From: Candidatus Kerfeldbacteria bacterium | GTDB lineage: Bacteria; Patescibacteriota; Patescibacteriia; SBBC01; CAIJZX01 | NCBI GenBank assembly: GCA_963731735.1 | Contig: CAVSWO010000002.1 | Span: forward strand, 628,257 to 692,256 | Direction of reading: 5' to 3' | Length of the DNA: 64,000 nt | In this document: in pieces, positions 32,072-36,899 of the stretch | How positions within the stretch are numbered: position 1 is the stretch's first letter | Layout: each line of letters starts with the position of its first letter | Notes under the pieces: model-generated | What the model was told of the DNA's origin: nothing | Seen by the model: only the letters and a program-made list of their open reading frames with translations | Database searches by the model: none | Translations under genes and position numbers: made by a program

Positions 32072-32095
32072 GACCCTATTGTTATTTCTCCTAAC
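32072..32095. repeat. right copy of the 24-bp inverted repeat (GACCCTATTGTTATTTCTCCTAAC)
   Basis: Lies 17 nt upstream of the kinase start codon. It is the reverse complement of the 31395..31418 repeat. Confidence 0.8.
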
Positions 32096-32265
32096 GTCAG
32101 GGATATACGAAGTTTTGCGACGAAGGAGTAAAATTTGGGTGAGGGGCGAGCCGAGCCCCGAACCGTATGTCCCTTGTTAAGTGACCCGAACGGAATGAAA
32201 TGGAGTGAGAGCGCAGCGGGGCTTGAGTTGAGGATTTGTCCTTCATTATAAAAAAGGGCAAAAAA

Positions 32266-33084
32266 TTATTTTTCAGCAACCCAAAATAATCTGTGACTAC
32301 TTAATTTTATACCTTCCTTGTTAAGTTTTTTATCAACCTCTTCAAGATGTGCCTTGTCTTTCATTTTATCAAAATCTGGAATTATTGGGGCTCTTTCAAG
32401 AATTTCTATAACATCGTTAATTGACGAATACACCTGATGAAATTTAAAGTATTTTGATTCAACGAGTTTCATTCCAGATTGTGCCAATAATTTTTTTACT
32501 AATTCAAGTTTTGTTTTCTGATTAGGATAATTTTGCCCTCTTCTAAAAATTTTTTTGAGTTCGATTTTATCCTTCTCGCCAATAGTTTCTTCAATCATCA
32601 GCCCTCCTTTTTTTAAAACGCGAAAACTTTCTCTAATAAAATCAATGTTGGCAGAAAGGGGTCCTCTTGAGCTGAAAATAATATCAAAATGGTCATCTTC
32701 AAAAGGCAAATTTTTTCCATCTGCAACCTTGAAAATAACATTTTTAGCTTCAACAGATTTTTTAAGTTTATCTGCGGATTTTATGTAATCCTCAAAAGGA
32801 TCAATGCCAACAATTTCTTTAAAAAATGGGGAAAGTTTGAGTGTTAGTTCGCCAGACCCACATCCCAAATCCAATATTTTAAAATTTTTGTTGGCGAATT
32901 TTTTAAGAAACTCAAAAAAATTTGGTTTTTCTCCAGCGATTAATTTACCTTGTCCATGAAGCTCGTATTTTTTAAATTTCGTTGAACTTTTCTTATAAAA
33001 AATATCGTGATGATCTTTCATGTTTGTCTTGTTATTAAATAATTTTTTGCCCCTATATATTTTTGGACAAATCCTCAATTTCAC
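32266..33084 (-). CDS. class I SAM-dependent methyltransferase, very AT-rich
   Basis: Motif I is ILDLGCGSGELTL, and the post-I acidic residue and FEDDHFDIIFS are present. The start may be the internal MKDHH at ~33021. Confidence 0.7.
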   Translation of the reverse strand: MKLRICPKIYRGKKLFNNKTNMKDHHDIFYKKSSTKFKKYELHGQGKLIAGEKPNFFEFLKKFANKNFKILDLGCGSGELTLKLSPFFKEIVGIDPFEDYIKSADKLKKSVEAKNVIFKVADGKNLPFEDDHFDIIFSSRGPLSANIDFIRESFRVLKKGGLMIEETIGEKDKIELKKIFRRGQNYPNQKTKLELVKKLLAQSGMKLVESKYFKFHQVYSSINDVIEILERAPIIPDFDKMKDKAHLEEVDKKLNKEGIKLSSHRLFWVAEK

Positions 33085-33280
33085 TTAACGATTGCGCGTA
33101 GGCGAAGTTCGTCGGTGATACAATCGTACCATCACCGGCGAACTTAGGCGAGCGGTTTCTAGGGGATGGCCTTCGGGCGGCCACAGAAACCCGAGCCGCC
33201 TACGCGCTGTTGTACGATGATTTGCCGACCGCCGCATATGTAAAAGAAAAGCGTGGTTGTCTCCATGTTACCCGACATTC

Positions 33281-33335
33281 TTGACACGAACTAATCCTTA
33301 TGCTATCCTGCTTTGTCAATTCATGGTGAATTGAC
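33281..33335 (+). promoter_or_regulatory. sigma70-like promoter (TTGACA-17-TATCCT) followed by a perfect 9-bp palindrome GTCAATTCA-TGG-TGAATTGAC, a putative operator
   Basis: Read directly from the sequence. The palindrome lies at the predicted transcription start. A GGAGG RBS lies 7 nt before ATG 33358. Confidence 0.55.
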
Positions 33336-33357
33336 TGCTCCTTTCGGAGGTAGAGCG

Positions 33358-33660
33358 ATGCCAGACATTCGCGTGTCCATTCCTCATCGGCTCGGCAAGC
33401 CCGAAGCGCTCAAGCGAGTTCGCACGCTCCTGACGAACGTCAAGCGTGACCATGGTGACCAGGTCAGCAACCTCGAGGAGCGCTGGCATGACAACGGTGC
33501 CAGGTTCAGCTTCAGTACCATGGGCTTCGATGTCTCGGGGCAGCTGACCGTGAGTGACCGAGAAGTCACTGTCACGGGCAAGCTCCCCTGGCTGGCGGGC
33601 ATGTTCAAGGGTCAGATCGAGGACACGATCCGCGATCAGGCCAGCGAGCTTCTCGTCTAG
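33358..33660 (+). CDS. small protein resembling the 'putative polyhydroxyalkanoic acid system protein' family (PHA_gran_rgn-like)
   Basis: The sequence MPDIRVSIPHRLGKPEALKRV...GQLTVSDREVTVTGKLPWLAGMFKGQIEDTIRD fits the ~95-aa family pattern. The track start of 33313 was replaced by the RBS-supported ATG at 33358. Confidence 0.5.
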   Translation: MPDIRVSIPHRLGKPEALKRVRTLLTNVKRDHGDQVSNLEERWHDNGARFSFSTMGFDVSGQLTVSDREVTVTGKLPWLAGMFKGQIEDTIRDQASELLV

Positions 33661-33691
33661 GGCGCTCCAAGGAATCATCTCCGATAACATG

Positions 33692-33730
33692 GGTCCGGGA
33701 GTAGCGATACTCTCGGACCTAGCTTTTCTT
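33692..33730 (+). terminator. intrinsic terminator
   Basis: A 12-bp stem GGTCCGGGAGTA-GCGA-TACTCTCGGACC is followed by TAGCTTTTCTT. Confidence 0.65.
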
Positions 33731-33899
33731 ACAACATAGGGAGGCAAATTTTCGTACAACGTTTCGGCGTAGACGATAGTGGCGACAGCGCGGAGGCGGT
33801 ACACTTTTCTTGACCGCCGGAGCGACGAGCCATTTCGCGTATACACCAGTGCTTTATATGACGTTTCAGTCTGTCTAATCATACTACCAGCCGGTGTCT

Positions 33900-34343
33900 T
33901 CAGTAAAACTTTCCTATACCAATGTTCTCTAGGGCAAGTTTTGTCTTGAGGCAACACATTGACTGGAAGGTTGCCGATGGAAAAACCAGGTGAGAGCATT
34001 CCATTGATCTCCAGGTTCCATATTTGTTCATTTCTACTGTCCATTTATCTGCAGTGAGGTACAATATCAAAGTCATTCTCGATCTGTAGAAAGTCTGTGC
34101 ATGATGTGAACAAGCTTTAACATCCTCAGGTGCAAGTATTATCCCAGCTTCTTCATGAGATTCGCGAATAATAGTCTCTTTTGCTCCGTTGTTTTCGCGA
34201 CCTTCCAGATGACCAGCAACCACACTGTAATTTCCATCTTGATAGCCTGTATTTAATATCTTCGGAGAAGTAAAACTTGCCCATCTTTTTTCAAGGACAA
34301 GATAAGCTGCTACGAAGGCTCTGAACTTTTCTTTGCTGTACAT
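33900..34343 (-). CDS. NUDIX hydrolase, possibly frameshifted near 34050
   Basis: The Nudix box GHLEGRENNGAKETIIRESHEEAGI is present. The overlapping ORF 33316..34044 in another frame reads NEQIWNLEINGMLSPGF, which resembles the usual Nudix C-terminal region. A perfect TATAAT -10 and an ATACGAAC-agag-GTTCGTAT palindrome lie upstream. Confidence 0.65.
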   Translation of the reverse strand: MYSKEKFRAFVAAYLVLEKRWASFTSPKILNTGYQDGNYSVVAGHLEGRENNGAKETIIRESHEEAGIILAPEDVKACSHHAQTFYRSRMTLILYLTADKWTVEMNKYGTWRSMECSHLVFPSATFQSMCCLKTKLALENIGIGKFY

Positions 34344-34465
34344 AAGTTTATTCTCTAACAGACAGAAGACGAAATGCCATATAACTCGTTATTATACGAA
34401 CTCTGTTCGTATCATAGCCCCTCGAGCCGGGTTTGGCCAGAAAAATACTGAATATATTATGCCAT

Positions 34466-34497
34466 AAAGAAAAACCCCACGGACGAAACGCGCGGGG
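34466..34497 (-). terminator. intrinsic terminator downstream of tRNA-Arg
   Basis: On the minus strand, the hairpin CCCCGCGCG-tttcgtcc-GTGGGG is followed by TTTTTCTTT. Confidence 0.55.
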
Positions 34498-34506
34498 TTG
34501 GATGTG

Positions 34507-34578
34507 AACATTGAGTGAGATTTGAACTCACGACCTTCTCCTCCGTAGGGAGACGCTCTATGACTGAGCTATCAATGC
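34507..34578 (-). tRNA. tRNA-Arg (anticodon ACG) with an atypical D-loop lacking GG
   Basis: Manual fold: acceptor stem GCATTGA/TCAATGT (G1-T72 wobble), D-stem GCTC/GAGC with loop AGTCATA, anticodon stem TCTCC/GGAGA with loop CTACGGA, T-arm GTGAG-TTCAAAT-CTCAC. Length 72 nt, with no encoded CCA. Confidence 0.65.
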
Positions 34579-34582
34579 TCTT

Positions 34583-34865
34583 ATTTGATTAGTTCAATGA
34601 ACAGATGAGGTGACGAGCGCTGCAAAGGCAGCAATGGGATGGTTCGTTCGCAACCGCTCCCACCTCTACCAGAAAGGAGGCTCGTCACCAAAAAAGAATG
34701 GAGGGACACGCGGTGGCGTCTCGTGCCGCTGGAAGGATTCCAGGCAGCTTGCGGCCCCTCCAAGGAGCCGGCATGGGGGAATTGCCCGACAAGGCATCCC
34801 GCACAAGCATCATGCTTGCCTCGGTGTTTTTTGCGAGGACACCAGAGCCCATGCCGGAAATGACC
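34583..34865 (-). ncRNA. structured non-coding region of unknown identity
   Basis: No credible ORF. Several long-range complementary segments are present: CCGGCATGGG...CCCATGCCGG, GGTGACGAGC...GCTCGTCACC, CAAGCATGATGCTTG and CTGGAATCCTTCCAG. Confidence 0.3.
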
Positions 34866-34943
34866 GGAAGAAAAGCGAGCAGAGAGCCGAAGCCGGTGTC
34901 TCCAGCAACACCCGTGCCCGGGAACATTGCACGCTCTGCTCGC
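34866..34943 (-). terminator. long terminator-like hairpin following the tRNA-like gene
   Basis: On the minus strand, GCGAGCAGAG...(49 nt with an internal GCTTCGGC tetraloop)...CTCTGCTCGC is followed by TTTTCTTCC. Confidence 0.4.
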
Positions 34944-34948
34944 CAATG

Positions 34949-35060
34949 CGACGGAGGCGGGAATCGAACCCGGATCTCGAGAACTTTCCGTTTCGATCTG
35001 ACCATCTCGAGATCGTGCTGGCTTGGGAAAGCCAGCCTGTACCACACAGCCTCCTCCGTC
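34949..35060 (-). ncRNA. 112-nt noncanonical tRNA-like gene with an 8-bp acceptor stem, 4-bp T-stem and very long extra arm (tRNA-Sec / allo-tRNA-like architecture)
   Basis: Minus strand: GACGGAGG...(A)GGCTGT-GTGGT-ACAGGC / GCTGGC-TTTCCCAA-GCCAGC / a 10-bp extra arm GATCTCGAGA...TCTCGAGATC / CGGG-TTCGATT-CCCG / CCTCCGTC-G. The anticodon loop has 8 nt, so the anticodon is ambiguous. CCC is the likeliest, with U33 and A37. Confidence 0.5.
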
Positions 35061-35111
35061 AATGCTGTTAAGAACCTGGCGCACCGTATCATGCGGGCCG
35101 AAATCAGTCAA

Positions 35112-35143
35112 GACAAAAAAAGACCCCTAGCGGACTAGGGGTC
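35112..35143 (-). terminator. intrinsic terminator of the 35135..35662 gene
   Basis: On the minus strand, GACCCCTAGTCCGCTAGGGGTC is followed by TTTTTTTGTCTT. Confidence 0.6.
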
Positions 35144-35662
35144 GGGATGCTCGAGAATCATACAGGATGCCACGAAGGCGTAACCCGGGTACAGGCTGAT
35201 CCAAGCCTGATCGGCGACTTCGCAAACGAGCCCGAGCCCGCGGTGATCCAGCATGTAGAGTGGCTGGATTGCGCACAGCTGCTTGGGCAGAGCCTGGACC
35301 GTCGGGGCGACCCGATTCCAGGTGAGGATGGTGAAAATGCGGTGCGGGGCTTGACCGCTGACGATCAGCAAGTCGTGCGCCCGGGTTCCGTCCAAAGCGT
35401 GGCGGAGCGAATTTGGGAACAGCTCCAGGGCGGCCAGGGACAGCTTGGCGAAGCAATGCGGTTCCAGCTGCAACGACCGCAGTCGCACGTCAAGCGCCTC
35501 CGACAAAGCATCGATCTGTGCCTGGCCAGCCGGATAAATGAAAGGCCAGGTAACGGATTGACCCAAGCGAACTCGAGCCATGAAGACATGATCGTCGATC
35601 TTGTCGATCAGCATCTTGGTCAGGGGCTCCGGCGGCCCCAGCGGATATTCTGTCGCATGCAC
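35135..35662 (-). CDS. hypothetical 175-aa protein
   Basis: The minus strand is preferred over the overlapping plus ORF 35147..35782 because it ends in an intrinsic terminator and has more protein-like composition. Confidence 0.45.
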   Translation of the reverse strand: MHATEYPLGPPEPLTKMLIDKIDDHVFMARVRLGQSVTWPFIYPAGQAQIDALSEALDVRLRSLQLEPHCFAKLSLAALELFPNSLRHALDGTRAHDLLIVSGQAPHRIFTILTWNRVAPTVQALPKQLCAIQPLYMLDHRGLGLVCEVADQAWISLYPGYAFVASCMILEHPDP

Positions 35663-35760
35663 TGGTGGCCTCCTGAGGTTGGAAGAGCGCGTCTGCCTTG
35701 GGTGTACGCTGTTCCCGACGCGTTGTCAAGCGGCGGTAAAATCAGTATACTCAAGGCCGT

Positions 35761-36189
35761 ATGTCGTTGGTGCGATTTCTGATTATCGTAACTGTTGGGA
35801 CGCTGTGCGCCTGGGGCGCTTGGGTGATGGTTATTTTGACGCTTGACCCGCAAACGGGCGGTGCGGTGGCGGTTGGCCTGTTCAGTTTAAGTTTGTGGCT
35901 GGCCCTGATCGGGACGATCACCTTGGCGGGATTTTTTCTGCGCTACTGGCTGGAAAAACAAGCCGTGCCGTTCCGGCAATTGGGCATCGCTTTCCGCCAA
36001 GCCGTGATTGTCGGCAGTTTAGCGGTCCTGGGGTTACTGCTCCAGGCCGGGCGGATCTTGCACTGGTGGACGATCGTCATGATCGTGGCCTTTGGATTGC
36101 TGGTGGAATTCTACGCCCTGGCCGGCGACGCGCGCCGTCCGAATACGGTTGACCATGAACCGCAGCAACCACAACCAACCGCCGACTAA
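35761..36189 (+). CDS. small polytopic membrane protein
   Basis: Four hydrophobic helices (IIVTVGTLCAWGAWVMVILTL etc.). No motif recognised. Confidence 0.5.
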   Translation: MSLVRFLIIVTVGTLCAWGAWVMVILTLDPQTGGAVAVGLFSLSLWLALIGTITLAGFFLRYWLEKQAVPFRQLGIAFRQAVIVGSLAVLGLLLQAGRILHWWTIVMIVAFGLLVEFYALAGDARRPNTVDHEPQQPQPTAD

Positions 36190-36898
36190 TCCCATGGACC
36201 ACGGCCACCTGCATCCGCTTACCCAGTACGCCCGTCGAGTGCTCGACGTCTGGCGCAGTCTTGGCTATGACTTGCATACCGGACCCGAGCTGGAAACCGC
36301 TTGGTTCACCTTTGACGGGTTGAATGTCCCGCCGGATCACCCGGCTCGGGATATCCAGGACACCTTCTTTATTAAAGACCATGACGATCTGGTCTTGCGG
36401 ACGCACGCTTCGACGGTCCAATTACGCTGGCCGAAGTCTCATCGGGCCAAACCGCCGTATCGGGTGGTGGAAATCGGCAAAGTTTACCGCCATGAAGCAA
36501 CCGACGCCACCCACGAGTCGATGTTCTTCCAGTGCGACGGGGTGCTAATTGACCGCCAGGTAACGATGGCGCAGCTGGTCACGACGCTCCGGGCCTTCAT
36601 TAAAAAACTTTATCCGGACAAAAAATCGCGTATCCGACCGAGCTTCTTTCCGTTCGTCGAACCGGGGATTGAACTTGATGTCTGGTGGGAACAGCCGGGC
36701 AAGGACGGAAAATGGTTGGAGATTCTCGGCGCCGGGTTGGTGCATCCGCGCGTGATTGAAAACATGGGCTTCGATCCGAAGGACTGGCAGGGGTTTGCGT
36801 TCGGCTGGGGACTCGATCGTTTGGCGATGCTCGAATTCGGTATCCAAGATATCCGCCTGTTCTATAACGGCAATCTTGAATTTTTGAAACAGTTCTAA
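36158..36898 (+). CDS. pheS: phenylalanyl-tRNA synthetase alpha subunit, catalytic core only (start uncertain: 36158 or 36194)
   Basis: Aligns from GHLHPLTQYARRV...FTFDGLNVPPDHPARD onward with the E. coli PheS core. Class II motifs FRPSFFPFVEPG and GAGLVHP are present. It lacks the N-terminal helical region. Confidence 0.8.
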   Translation, partial: NRSNHNQPPTNPMDHGHLHPLTQYARRVLDVWRSLGYDLHTGPELETAWFTFDGLNVPPDHPARDIQDTFFIKDHDDLVLRTHASTVQLRWPKSHRAKPPYRVVEIGKVYRHEATDATHESMFFQCDGVLIDRQVTMAQLVTTLRAFIKKLYPDKKSRIRPSFFPFVEPGIELDVWWEQPGKDGKWLEILGAGLVHPRVIENMGFDPKDWQGFAFGWGLDRLAMLEFGIQDIRLFYNGNLEFLKQF

Positions 36899-36899
36899 C

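Noticed and set aside
34583-35117. tmRNA (ssrA) hypothesis for the structured RNA region with a tRNA-like T-arm
   Set aside because: The acceptor 5' and 3' strands are only ~100 nt apart, in standard tRNA order and not permuted. No tag reading frame ending in Ala-Ala-stop was found. No GGGG...ACCA pairing typical of tmRNA termini is present.
34583-35117. RNase P RNA hypothesis
   Set aside because: Strings weakly resembling CR-I (CCGGCTCC) and CR-V (CACCGGCTT) occur in the wrong 5'-to-3' order. The GGTGAAA/CR-II-III element is absent.
35147-35782. 211-aa plus-strand ORF
   Set aside because: It overlaps the terminator-ended minus-strand ORF 35135..35662, and its translation is R/Q/G-rich and garbage-like. 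It is the antisense frame of a GC-rich gene.
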